A stretch of DNA of 64,000 bases, taken from assembly GCA_973895155.1 (NCBI GenBank), contig OZ316895.1, forward strand, positions 13,689,186-13,753,185, written 5' to 3'. Position numbers and translations under genes: made by a program. The notes beneath the pieces were generated by a model. It made no database searches. It worked only from the letters and a program-made list of their open reading frames with translations, and was not told the origin of the DNA. Positions 25,706 through 39,061 of this stretch are shown here, piece by piece (positions within the stretch are counted from its first letter, which is position 1; every line of letters starts with the position of its first letter). The DNA comes from Marsupella aquatica (Eukaryota; Plantae; Marchantiophyta).

Positions 25706-27600
25706 TTCCCTGCTATGCCAACCCACAGAGCCCTTGACCAAGTGTGAATTCAGATGGAAGAATTTGTTTTGTTTATAAGAATGTACACACACTGTGAAGA
25801 TTTGGAGATGGGTATTTTTCATCTACAAATTATGCTTGAGTATAGAAATCAAACTGTCATACTCATTGTTGATCAGGCCTTGTGAAATTAGATTGCCATG
25901 CGTATATCCGGTCCAAATTCTGAGTGTTTTGGGTGTGTACCAAAGCTTGGTTTATCCAGAAAATCTAGGAACTCAACACTCAAGAAAAAACTGGCACCCC
26001 ACTACTATTGACTGTTAGTCCAATCAGGTGAAGGATGCATCTTCAAATCTAGACATAAAGATTTACTACATCCACATTTTTAATTTACATATATAGAGAG
26101 CCATTTTTAAAGTTGAATTACTAAATTGTTATCTTTTTCCACTGCTGGTTAAACAAATTAAATATTGCTAGCTTGAAACATTCAATGGTTAACACCTGGC
26201 CAAGTTTCACCATTGGATGGTCGTCCATGGTTTCCACCATAGCCTTAATGCCCTTCCTAACTCTCGACGTTGGGTTGACTCTCTTACTTTCCTCCTGCAG
26301 CTCCCCCCCCCCCTCCTGGTTGGCAGGACTGGGCTGGACCACTCCCTCGTCCCCCTTGGTTGAGGATGAGAGAGATTGTTGAGGTTCTTTAGGATGGCAA
26401 GGACAGTTTGATGATGAAAGCTGGCAAGATGCTGACCATTGGATCATAATTCCAAACTAACTAGAGTTGAGTTGCTCAGTGAAAATGGGTGGCAATGTAG
26501 TAGTTAAACTAAAAAGAGTAGCAAAGTATGAGATTCAACAAAAAGAGCTGCAATGTGAAAAATCTTTGCAAGATCAAATGGAATACACAATATTTACAAG
26601 AAAGGTAAGTCTGGTTTGGTATCAAAAAGATAAGGCTGCATGATTGGTTATTTAGTTGAGACTATGGTATCAATGAGGCTATCTATCAGATAGTGGAGAA
26701 ATGTTTGGGTATTGGTCCACTTGGTGCGCTACCCTTTACTGTCTGGGTGTTTATATTTTGCTATACCAATATCAATTCAGGGCAGGAAAAGGAAAAAGCC
26801 GAAGCCAGGTTTTGTGTCAGAAAAGGAGACAGTTTTGTATTTATTTTGCAAGAGGTGAGTACAAACGTGGTAAAGGGGTTCCATGGCGGACCGAAGTTCC
26901 CACTAGATGCTTCATATGTCTGCAACGTTGTTAACATGTCACAAGAGGTAGACTCTGGCTCAAGAAGACATTTCAACCGGGACTGGACATCTTGTCCCAG
27001 CCCAATTCTCAACTTTCCAGTCATCTTCTCTTGGCTCACAAAGCTTTGGCTGCTAAAATATGCATTTGACACCAAAAATACATAAATAGAGAAAGCTAGT
27101 CAAGCTTGTAGGGGTGCACCTTGCCCTCAGGAAAAAAAGAGAGGGGGGGGGGGGGTGGGGGGGTCGGTACCCACCCCTCAGGGACAGGATGTATGGGATT
27201 CTCCTTTACTTCAGAATTGCTTGTCCTTTTTCCTTGTTGGGGTAACTAGCCTATAAAAGCCTGCACATCTTCGCGACGCTGACATACCAACAGCTTGGAC
27301 TATTATGTACTTCAGCTTTATACACTACGAACCGTACTTACATAATGTGGGGATGACCAGCCACTTTGAGGGTAGAAGAATGGAAGCGGAGAAAGGATGG
27401 CTGAAGTGGGTGAAGTCCACTCATACCCTAGTGCCATAATTATGCCAACTTGCATTTTGGATGTGCAGTGAGCAAAATGAACTGTGGTTGATTTCATCAT
27501 CCAAATAATCAAATCTAATATTTACTTTTCTCTAGTATACTTGAAACTGAAGCGCTCATGGACCACCAAATTTGACGAGATGCACAGATGGACCAATGGA

Positions 27601-27795
27601 CCACTCTAAACTCAGCTAGCACCTTTTTCTATAGTATTTTTTGTTTCAATAAATGCTCATTCTTTTAAACGTCAAAAAGTTTGGTCCATCTAAATCCCAC
27701 TTTAAACTCAGCTAGCACCTTTTTCTATAGTATTTTTTGTTTCAATAAATGCTCATTCTTTTAAACGTCAAAAAGTTTGGTCCATCTAATTCCCA
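27601..27795. repeat. Two-copy tandem duplication (~96-bp unit)
   Basis: CCACT.TAAACTCAGCTAGCACCTTTTTCTATAG...AAAAGTTTGGTCCATCTAA occurs twice, nearly identical. Confidence 0.92.
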
Positions 27796-28753
27796 AGGTT
27801 AATCATTGTGCCATTGTGGCCCAGAATGATAAAGTGGCACTTATGATTTAGTAGTCAATTTGCCAATCTTGGCATTCATCCCGACAAGATATTTGTCAAA
27901 AATTTCCGCTCTTTCAAACATCTCTCCACCAATTCCATGAAACTTGAAAGAATATGGAAATTATAGGGTTATCCAAATGTTGTCGTTACAATCCACTGTG
28001 GATAAAAAATCTTTCAATTCTGATTTTAATACTGTCCACTAGGGTTGTCCTGCAGTGTGGAAATAAAATAGTTAGCTTGGGTACTCAGCAAAAGTAGTAT
28101 TTAACACAAGAATTTTTTGAGCAAATCTTTCCACCACTCTTGATTAAAGTTCTAGTGGTAAATATGCATGGTTTTTCATAGTACTGTCTTGAGGGGTAAA
28201 ATACAAAAAACCGTTGGAACCCCGTGCAATACAGAATAGGTATTGATGATATAAACAAATAAAATTTCCCACTTGCAAGCCAGTTGCACAACTTGCTCGT
28301 TGATGTTTTTCCCTTTCATAAAAAACATGTCCTAGAGCCAACTATTGTTTCTAGCAACTAAAAAATGGGCTAAGGAACAAAGGTGTAAAATGGAAGAAGC
28401 TAGAGTAGCAAAGCCAAAAAACTACCTCAAGTTTAATGGAGCAATATGTTTTCTATTCATGTTGGCCTGGATGTTGTTAAAGGCTGAGACCAATTATTTT
28501 CATGAGCTTTTTCCTAAACTACTGGAATCTACAAACATGTCCCCCAAACAAAATTTACTTGATAACCTGACTGGTTTCGTATATGGAATAATACTAACTC
28601 AACAAAGCTAACTTGACCTGTGTTTTGATTGGTGCAAGGTCTCCTGCTGCCATGTGGCCCAGACCAGGTTAGTAGAAACTTGTTAATTTCATTCACTAGG
28701 AGGTAAGGATCCAAGTTGTCAAGCTACTCTTGTCTCAAAACATGCCTGTCCAC

Positions 28754-29040
28754 CTTGGGGGGTTGACTATCAAAAATTTTAGGAACCACGTGCGATCTAA
28801 AATAGGTATTTTTGACAGATTTTAACTAAAATTTTTAAAAGCGTAGGAGGCAAAAGAAGATATTATAAACTCATGTTTATAGAATATTTTTTAATATATA
28901 CCCTTTATAAAGTAAAACAGATTATTAATATTGAAAATAGAGAATATTCTTGGAATATTTTCTTTATAAAATAGATCTATTTATGTTAGGCTAGGATCGC
29001 ACGTGGTACCCCAAAATATACACTTAATTAACCCCCCGAG
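28754..29040. mobile_element. MITE copy 2 (287 bp) with 8-bp TSD
   Basis: Collinear with 25420-25705. TSD CTGTCCAC at 28746-28753 and 29041-29048. Confidence 0.93.
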
Positions 29041-32000
29041 CTGTCCACTGTACACTTCTCATGAAAACATTAGGACTTCTATGGAAGGTTTTTTCCAAGG
29101 AGAGAAAACGGGCCGTCCACAATAAGGGCAGCAAACCCAATCCAATTAGAAAGAATAACTGGACCCAAAATGGGCTCAACACAAGCATGGTGATCTCAGG
29201 ATAGTATATCAAGGTGATCTTGGAAGCCTTGTCTCAATGCCTGCAGGGACAATGTGTGTAGCAGATCTAGATGGATCATCAGCTATATATAAATCAATCT
29301 GTCGATGAGGATTATTGCAATTTAAGGCAGGAGAAAATTTCCTTCCCCAGGATCATTCCTGACATATGCTAAAAGAGTCCTACCAAGTTGTATAGTTACA
29401 CACATTAGTCCATCTAAGCATCAATTTTCACAAATCACTTCCATGAGAATCTATCTAGTTATTGTTGAACAAGCATATCATCTCAAATTGAGGCAACCGA
29501 AAGCATGGTTGCTATGAAAGGATAGCGATGTGTTTTATGATTTCCTCTCATCAAAATAAGTCATCTCGAGTTCTTGGAAGTTGAAGCTCAGATGGACCGA
29601 GCCCTTGAGCCAGTTAACCCCCATGGACTGTGAGACCCTTTCTAGAAATCTGGTAGCAGAAAACTTTGACCCTCAAGATCTCTTTCAATATCCCACGGAA
29701 GCAACTGTTTAGGGCTCATTGGAAGCAGCTAGGAAAGATCCTTCCAACAAGCTGATATTGCCATTTCTGTGAAGACTTGAGAGTGATATGAATTTATATA
29801 CGGATTACTGAATCACTCACTGTCCACATTTCACACTTCAACATTGCAAGCTGTGCACCTGGTTTTCATGGTGTTCTAACGTTTTTTTGTGCTTCTGTAT
29901 GGGAAGGAAGCTAGTGTGAGTTCTGTCTTGTACCTTGTCGTTTTGTCAATAAACCCTAGCAACCAAACCCCTAAATTGTCTAACTATGAAAAGAACCAAG
30001 GATCCCTTACTTTTGGCTGTTTGCTTCTGTTGCAACTTTCAGAATTTGTACAATGTGGAACCTTGTGTGGAACAATAGAACAATCATGTTCTCTTCCACT
30101 AGCACCCGCAAAATTGTCAAAGTGTGAAACAAAGACAACATGGAGTTGATTGCTCGAATGTGAATGCCAATAGCCCCCTCCTTCCACATAGCAAGGTGAC
30201 AACCTCCCAAAACTGATACCAGGAGAGAATAAATAATCAAGACACCTTAAAACCCTCCAGCCATGATAAAAATGTGAAAACCTGCAAAACCCCTCTGGCC
30301 ATGCAGGGAAGGTTTCTGGACCTGCAAGACTATAAATGTTATACAAACCCATTGTCATGTAGCGGCAAAACCCCGTGAAGCCTAATCATCTAACAACATA
30401 ATATATTATGTCTTCAAGCATAGACTATGGTTGGACTATAAAGTGGCGCCCAATGGCCTACGGTGAGAAGTGCACAATGGATCATGTAGTTAGGCGCCAC
30501 ATAAGAACCATATGTATGAAACTTACCTAGGGTTCCTAGTTTGTAAAAAAAAATCTGTAGGGGCCCAGTCAGTCACAGAATTTACATGGGGCCCTATCAC
30601 GTCAACTATTTTTAACAGGTTCCCATCAAGCATATACCTCTGAATGAACACACCACCTTAATTTTAAAAACAAAGAGAATCTCTCAAACAAAGTGCACAG
30701 TAAAGCAACGTCATCCATTCAACGTCATCCCGTCCCAAAGACAATTATAAATCAGTAGGAGTAGAAACTAGAAAGCAAGAGGATCAAAAGGAGGGGGGGG
30801 GGTGGGTTTTATGAGCCGTTATGTTGTCAATATATGCGGTAAAGGTAGCAGTGCCAAAAATATATTTATGCAACGCCACATGTCAATCTTCATGCAAGCT
30901 TTTGTCCAACGGTCTGGTGGACCTTCCCCAGTCCGCTGTCCACGTATACTCCTACTATATAGTACTGTATAATATAGCTGCCTCTACATTGGAAGTCCAG
31001 CCTAATCCTTGTGTTGTTTGTACATACGGAATCATTATACGCAAACCGTATGTTTTTTTGGTCATCTCTGTAAAGCTATGTTTTCCAGGTCACCTTTGTA
31101 AAGTTACAGCGTAAATCCCAAATCAACTACAGTAATTTCGGTGGAGTATCTATGAAAGAATAGAATAGACGGGCTTTTACTTCTTCGTCAAGATACCATT
31201 CAGGGTATAAAAAGAATAAAATAAAATAGACAACCAAATTAAGAACGGTCAACGGTCAAAAGGTTATCAGACGGACCTCACGGCAGTACTTCCCAGGTTA
31301 TCTACCAGCTTATACAAGGCCTTTTCTTAGTGTAATTCGCCAAATATTCCCTCACCGAAAAAGTCTTTGCCAGTTTTGGCAAAAGTCTGCCCCCCTATTG
31401 TCTATCATTAGCCATTTTTTCACCTAGCCACAGACCCCATTACCTGAAATCTGGTCGTTATCCTTCAATTTAGGGATGTGAACAGTCAAAAAATAATTTA
31501 GCAAATTAGAGAAGGAATCTCGTAGCATGTTCTCGTTCACGGTGACATTCTCCACCTTGATCCAAAAAAACTCTGCCAAACCACCCCCAGATAACAAAAG
31601 CACAGACTGCTATCGTTTATGTTGCCTTGTCTATTGAAACCCACGCCATCCACCAGCCATCCATCAGATTTATGGCAGTGAGTATAGTGCGCCTCACCAT
31701 AAGCTTGCCCCCTTAGAGTATATACTTGTTCCACTTGCAGATTTAGTTATGACACTAGATGTAAAACATCACATCATTATACTAATGGAGTGATAGATTT
31801 TTAGTTTTCCTTTTTCTTTTACTAGGTTTTGGGAGTTTGCATTTGCCCCCTTCTTTAGAGTCTAGTTTGTCTTCTCCTGGGTTTTCTCCAGACCTTTTAC
31901 CTTTGCTATTTGTACTTTTCTTTGGCCTTTTTGATTGTGAATTGGTACTTTTCCTTTAGGTGGGGAAAGTTTTGTTCAAGTATGTATTAATATTATTTAG

Positions 32001-32959
32001 TATACAGGCTTTCAGGAGAATTGGTTACTTGCCACTTCAATGGATCACAGAAATCTACCATAGGCTCCAAGTTAGTAAAATAGCATACCTGTATACAAAT
32101 TCATGACTTTTGTATATGTTGGTGTTTGTTTCATATACATGATACTGCCAAAGAACAAAAAGCCCCATGCAGGAAACATGATCCCAACCAAAGGCAGAAA
32201 ACCCCATAAAGGACGGAAAACAAGGAAAAACCCAGGAAGACCAAAGAACCAAAAAGGTTAAGAGCCAAAAAGCCTAAGAGTTAAAAAATGAAAAAAGAAA
32301 AGCCCTAAGAGTCTCCAACCTCAGCAAAAGAACAATCCCTATTGAGCAACAAAGTGAAAAATCTGGTGGAGCTCCAGAATAAACCGCATGGGAGGGTCAT
32401 GAAGAGCAATTTGACCTAGAGGCCCTAAAACCAACAGCCTTGTTTTTAAAAAACTTTGAAACACTTTTTTACATTAATTTGGCTTCCATAAAACTGCAAA
32501 TCTTTTCTTTGGTGCTATTTTCTTCATTTCAAGCCACTTTCTATCAAACACGAGCCACTGGCAGTCAAGACCCGTTAAGCAAGTTTGCAGATAGGATTTA
32601 TTTTCCTTGAAAACAGATAGGATATTTTTTATCTTTTGCAAAAATTACATAGGTCTAGTAAGCTGTGCATCCTCTTATACTTTGGTAGTTAGGTTTAGGT
32701 ATAAGGGCTTCTTGGTAGCTCCTCCCCCAGTTTATATTGTGGAAAACTTGTTTCTCAAGGTGTGCTGTAGTATATTGTGTGGGATGAAAAGGTTACATTT
32801 ACATATTCATACTCATATTGTTTTTCATTATGAAAGACAAGCTGTGAGAGCCCACAGATCCAAGTGGTGGTAAGTGAGCCTTGCATCCTCACATATAAAT
32901 TATACTCATATAGTATTATTATATGCCAACAAACTGGAGCCAACAATTTTGAACCCCTT

Positions 32960-33240
32960 TCCTCCTCCTTCATACTTGGTCTACCCTTTGGTTGCATCTT
33001 CAAACATTCCAAAGCCAATCTTCTAACACTCTGAATGGGTGGTATGAAGGGAAGCAAACTTTGCGATACCAGAATCTGTCACTTTAGCATCCAAGTTGTC
33101 ATTGAACAAGATGATGGCAGGCTTCACATATCAATGGAGGATTGCAACTATTGCTGCTGAATGAGGGTAGTTGATCGAGGACATTTGCAGTTTGAGTTGA
33201 AATTTTTAGTCGTTGCTTCCAACTCAGCTGACTTGCAGCA
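32960..33240 (-). pseudogene. Receptor-like kinase pseudogene fragment (WAK/LRK10L-like)
   Basis: LSWKQRLKISTQTANVLD, frameshift, then YPHSAAIVAILH*YVKPAIILFNDNLDAKVTDSGIAK (decayed HRDVKP..DFG), followed almost directly by subdomain XI-like RRLALECLKMQPKGRPSMKE. Confidence 0.75.
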
Positions 33241-33574
33241 ATTTTGCTTTTAAGGTTATTTTGGTCTGGAGTGTGCCATAGGAAAAAAACTAAACAAAAC
33301 ACTGCAATTTGTCTTGTTCTCCACACAACAATGAGAGATATGCTTAGTAGACCCCCTTCTGGAAAAAGTTTGCTTAGTCAACCCCCTTGATACTTTTCCC
33401 CAATCTGGACCATTGATGGACTTTCGATCTCAGATCTGGACCGTTGATAGACCTCAGGGGGTCGACCAAGTAACAAGTTTCATTTTGGGGGTCTTTTGTG
33501 ACCAAGGTATGACAACTAGGTGGCATAACCCAGGTCCTGTGGGGGTGGTCGGGACAATGCATGGGTCCCCACAC

Positions 33575-33855
33575 CTCAGGGGTTGACTGCCAAAAACTAC
33601 GAGGACCATGTGCAATCCAGAACAAGTATTTTTGATGGAAATTAGCTACATTTTTAAAAAGCAAGGAGGTAGAAAAATGTATTTAGTACAAACTCAAATT
33701 TATAGAATATTCTCTAATATGCAGCTTTTATAAAGTAAACAAGCTCATTAATATTGTAAGCGGGAAACAGTTCTAGAATAGTTTCTTTATAAAACAAGAG
33801 TGTTTCTATTAGCCTGGGATTGCAAGTGGAAATATACACCAAGTTACCCCTTAAG
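33575..33855. mobile_element. Older, diverged copy of the 287-bp MITE family
   Basis: CTCAGGGGTTGACTGCCAAAAACT...ACCATGTGCAATCC...AAGTATTTTTGAT...TTTATAGAATATT...GGATTGCAAGTGG...AAGTTACCCCTTAAG aligns by eye to copies 1 and 2. No clear TSD. Confidence 0.75.
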
Positions 33856-36800
33856 CAGAGCACCCCCCTTTGCACCAGCTTGCTGCTTGTGCGCATCCGG
33901 TATGCCGTGGACACCTGGTTCCTGGCTCGACCAGTGCCCTGATTCAGCCTATACAATCCAACACACTCCAGTATGCCTAAACTGCCAATCAAACATTGCC
34001 ATGTGAAAGGTCTCAGATAAGATTCCTAAACTTGTATGAGATCTATGTAAACATGCATTTCACTAAGACAATATTGATTTAGAGTCACAATTTGTATTTT
34101 CATAAAAATAGCGTTAGCATTTTGGGATTGTGTCCGAGTTCAAAAGTTTGGATAGAGATCAAATCCCAGTTTATGGCTGCAAATTTAGTTTGTTATAACA
34201 CCCCAAATTAAAGATAAATAAATAAATGAAAGAAAACTAAGAGTTTTTTTCTTCCTAGAGCGTTCTTGTTGGGCATCTATTCTTTCATGAAATGTACAAC
34301 ATGGTTGTTACATGAATTATTACATGAACATCAGTAACAATCATAGACACAAAAGTAACATAGTAAGAACTGGTAGCAGAGTGGATAATGTATAGCCTGT
34401 GAATTTGGTCCCTTTGTAGCTAAGGTTGGTAGGCGCTATAATGAGGGTAATTTGAATAAATGATGTCCAGGGAGAAAATCATGCAAACGTTGCCAACTCA
34501 GGCTGAGTGGTATTACTTTTTAGCCAGATTTGTTTTTTTGTTTTGTTTTGGGTAGGGACTTTTCGTTGTAGGGTTGGGGGGGGGGGGGGAGGTTAGCAAA
34601 GCCATTAGTGTTAGGTATTGAGATTTTGTGGACTTGAACTGGAAAGTCCTAACACAATATTGGAATCTCACTTAAGAAAATGGTGAGTTCCGTGTAAACA
34701 ACTTTGTGGTAGGAGTCTACAGTTCAAGTCACTCCAACAAAATGGCCTCATAGCCACAACAGAATACTTATGCCCTTCATGGAAGACATTAAACGACTTC
34801 CTTAATGTTCCATTCTTAGATTTAATATGATTTTTTCTTCACGTTGAATGAGACACTTTACCCACAGGGCAGTAAACTCCAATACATCCAGTCTAGGGGC
34901 CTTTTCCCTTCCTTCCCCCCCTCTATTGGGCCGCTTTGCCATTGGAACCCTGTCTCCCGTTTTGGCATTTTTGGCACTGTGATATATATAGTGGATCCAG
35001 TAGGACCTCCATTGAGCCCCATATGTATGCCATAATTAGATCAACCACCACTGGCACTATAAAGGGGAGTCTTGTTTGCCTCTAGTATGCCAATCTCCTC
35101 ACAATTTCAGGAAGATAATACTAATTTTGGTGAGTTCTATACTAGCAGAACCTGTAGGTGACATGATGGTTAATGAAGAAGGATCGACAATGCAATGCTC
35201 TTGTGCAACAATATCTGTTGGGAGGCAATCATCATCTCAGACTTCACACTTGTATGATATATATGGATTATTAGGGTACCATAGGGCGTTGCACAGCTAC
35301 TGCCGTTGCCTTCACAAGGGTCCATAAGAGCACTCTTAAGAGCAGCCATGGGGAGGATTTCTGGGATGGCCAATATAGTACCCCATAGTCCAAAAGTCAT
35401 TCAAACATTTGCGTCTAGGTTTTTGTTGGTATTTTGCAAGCACTGCAACAACTCACATCTTTTGAAGACCATCCTTAACTCAACAGAAACATAACCAGAT
35501 CAGCTTTCAAACAAGCCAGTTTTTCATTTGACTTAAGGGAGATAGCGAAACCCACAAGGTAGATGGCTTTCATGTTTTTGGTGTTTGATTAAAATTTTGC
35601 CATTTTAATTATGGGTGTTCCCACAAAGTAATTATGGGTGTTCCCACAAAGTAATTTTGGGAAAATGTGTGTTGTTCATAGTTTTCTGGGATGATCTTGG
35701 ACTTGTCTTATTGGGTGCAACTCAGAACTTGGGTAGGCTTCTATTCTCCCATGCAGCGTGCCTTATAGTGGCAAACATTCACTAAATTTCACTCACTGAA
35801 AGTGCTCTATTTTTGGCAAAAAATTAGCCAGACACTTTGTCTTTCTTTAGCCAGTTTCTTAGCCACAACAACAGACCTCATTAGCCAAAATCCAATCTAT
35901 ACCTTTGTGTTACCTAGCTGAAAAATCATCCTCTTCCCAATCACATATCAAAAACCTCTTTGACAGGATGGACCGCCACATCGCTGGATGCCACGACCTT
36001 ATATTGGGGCTGTGGGGTGAGGATCCCCCTTCAACACCACACGAGACGCCACGCCCCCAACTACTCAAAATCTCCCGGAAGATGCCGCCTGCAATGCACC
36101 GAGTTTAGCGGGCCGCCAAGTAAGACCGTCTCTAAACGGTGTTTCCTGTGGAGGGGCCCAGTACTAGTCCAGTAGCTACGCTAGTGCGGGACTGGGGGCC
36201 ACCAATTGAGGGGGTTCATAATGGCCTGAAGTTAAGGAAGGGGCGGGTCGCATGGGCAAATGGGGGGAGGACATGATTCTGTTCGACGGTAATGGGGGTA
36301 ATGGTCCACGCAGAATATTAATTAATTTACTCACTTACTACTGTTCCTGAAGTTGTTTCAGCCTTTAATAAATGCTATGGAGCGTGGCTGACTGTCAGTA
36401 AGTGGTGTGAATCTCATGAGCCTCTGACGGACCCCTCTTCTTCTTCTTTCCAGCCTTTCTTTTCTGTTCCAGGTTTTATCCTTTTTGCTTTTTGTTAATT
36501 TATATTATAAATAATAATTGACTCATTAAAATGTGTAGTTCGATTCTCTTTCTTAAGATTCCATTTGTTTTGATTGCGAATTTATTGACCCCATGTGTTT
36601 CGTGGAGCCTCGCACATATTGGCTTTTGCTCCAGTTTATTTAATCCACATTAGAATAATAATAATAACCCCCGTGTGTATGTGTACCCTCACACATATTG
36701 GCATTTTGCTCCAGTTTTTTTAATCTACATTAGAATAATAATCATAATAATCTGTATTATTCCTAATCTGTGACATATGTCATGATCTATTTGTATTTAC

Positions 36801-37453
36801 TCACCACCATGACAAGTTTATTCCAAAATTCCCTGGCTTACAATTGCACCAAGTCAACAATTTTGGTTACAAACATAGTGAAGCCGTAGACTACTTGTGA
36901 ACAAACATTGAAGGCTCTATAAGGACACGCGAGGGAGTCTATGTAGAGGGAGTCCATTCTATGCATACGTATATAGATTACACTGGTGAACAGGGATAGG
37001 CATTGGGAGCTTTGTAAACAGTTTTGTAAACACAGAGCCAATTCTGGGCTTAAACACCGCTACTCTGGCAGGTGTCTTTTCAAACTGCAATCTCTAAATA
37101 GAGATCATTCTATGCATACACACAAACATAGATCATACTTGTGAACAAGAATAGGCATTAGAACTTTGGTAAACACGGAGTTTAGAGGGCATTCTATGCA
37201 TACACACATACATAGATTATGCTTGTGAACAAGGATAGGCATTAGAATGGTAAACGCGGAGCCAATTATGTTATGCACTGCTACTCTGGCAGGTGTTTTT
37301 TAAGCTGCGATGCTTTCTAGGAGACTGGCAACAAATTCCAACTTTGGCCCAGTGTTGCCTTAGTGGCAGTGCCTGTTTTAAAGACCTGCATAGGATTAAA
37401 CGAATAGTTCCCTGCCTACAACAACAGTTTTTTTTAACAATGCAGTGCAAATA

Positions 37454-37652
37454 AGAGGGGTAAGAAATGTCTTAATTTGTTAGTGTGATACATAATGACA
37501 AACTAGAGGGGTAAGAGATGTCTTAATTTGTTAGTGTGATACATAATGACAAACTAGAGGGGTAAGAAATGTCTTAATTTGTTAGTGTGATACATAATGA
37601 CAAACAGAGGGGTAAGAAATGTCTTAAATTGTTAATGTGATACATAATGACC
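37454..37652. repeat. Minisatellite, about four copies of a 51-bp unit
   Basis: AGAGGGGTAAGAAATGTCTTAATTTGTTAGTGTGATACATAATGACAAACT repeated head to tail. Confidence 0.95.
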
Positions 37653-39061
37653 AAGCGACTTCCCATCTAATATACAGGGATCTCCCTACCTAACCTACAC
37701 TTTGCTCTTAATTTCTGGGGAATACATAACAAGTTATATATCACGCTGCCAAGAACAAAGGCGCCAAGTCAAGAGACACCAAAGGCAAAAAAACCCAAAA
37801 GGGGGCAAAGGGGACAAACGAGGCCCTAGAAACTGCGCCACAACAAAAGAACAAAGGAAAAGAGGAGACAAAATCCCAATTAGACTGAAACCTGGAAAGT
37901 CCAGTAGCCCTCTGAGTAAACTGCATGGGAGGGTCAGGGGTCATGTCTAGGAAGTTGTCCAGAGGCCCATTGCTCATCTTGGAATGCATGTGCCTTCTTG
38001 TGGTATACATGCCTCAAGCTTCCACCACCTTCGCATTTAGAAATGCAATATTTACAACACATTTTTTCTCATGAAACTCACATGAACATAGAGCTTTGCG
38101 ATTTAAGACATTGCTCTCAATTTTAACTCTAGTGTTTTTCATGTTTTGCATCCTCAATCTTCTGAGACTCTACGCTTAAGAGCATAGCTTTCATTCTGAA
38201 ATGCTCCCCACATTACAAGATTGCCCTCTGATCTTCATCAAATCTTTTGCTAATGTTTTGGGAAGTATAACGGCCAAAGACAGTTCTCAACATCCAACAA
38301 GCTTAATCTTGAAGATCAGGCACAAAATGGCGGGACAAAGTTATATTGTGATTAAGGTATATGCACATTACACAAATCGATATGTTCGTCCTTCTTGGTA
38401 TGAGACTACTCGTATTCTACTTCGTGATGTGCAATCGTGGTACGTAGACGAAAGCCATGAATACAGACGCCGCTCATGTCCACTTATGTGGAAGGTACGA
38501 TTTTAAAGGCCCAGCTTTGAGAAATACATCTCATCTTCTGCATTGGACTACAACAACATCAGTCTAAGCCAAAGTTCTTATACTTCACTTACTTCCTATC
38601 AGTATGGACAAAGAATGGGTCGTTTGAACACCATCTGGAACATCGAGACTGCGGTGAGTTCTACCAGTGAACGGTCAACATTACAGGAGAAAGTTCAGTT
38701 CCAGATGATGACGCCGCGATTTTCTTTTACAACTGGATGAAGAAAATTCTAACTCCATCTTCTGGATCTAAGTCAAGGTAGAGTGGTTTTTGTTTGCAAC
38801 TAAACCATATTACTATCCAATTTGCTTACAAAACGCTGTCAAAACTCTGACAGCTCGGCAGCCAATTTTATATGATCTTCGTTCACAAGAACAGGAATTG
38901 ACTATAGATCTTCTTGTGCAGAAGACCAGAACAACAAATGTTCCTTCAGACTTTATTCACATCGACAAGGACTGACTACCAATCCCTTCCTTATAAACAA
39001 GACCCCATCTCGACTAGTCCCAAGGACTCTAACCGTTAGCCAGGGCCTGAAGAGGAGACAC

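Noticed and set aside
27143-27163. Poly-G tracts (also ~30791 and ~34576) as functional G-quadruplexes
   Set aside because: Simple homopolymers in repeat-rich intergenic DNA with no supporting context.
26121-30360. Short ORFs possibly from decayed transposon or LINE coding sequence
   Set aside because: Only vague peptide resemblances with many stops and no diagnostic RT, endonuclease or transposase motif, so no family call is supportable.
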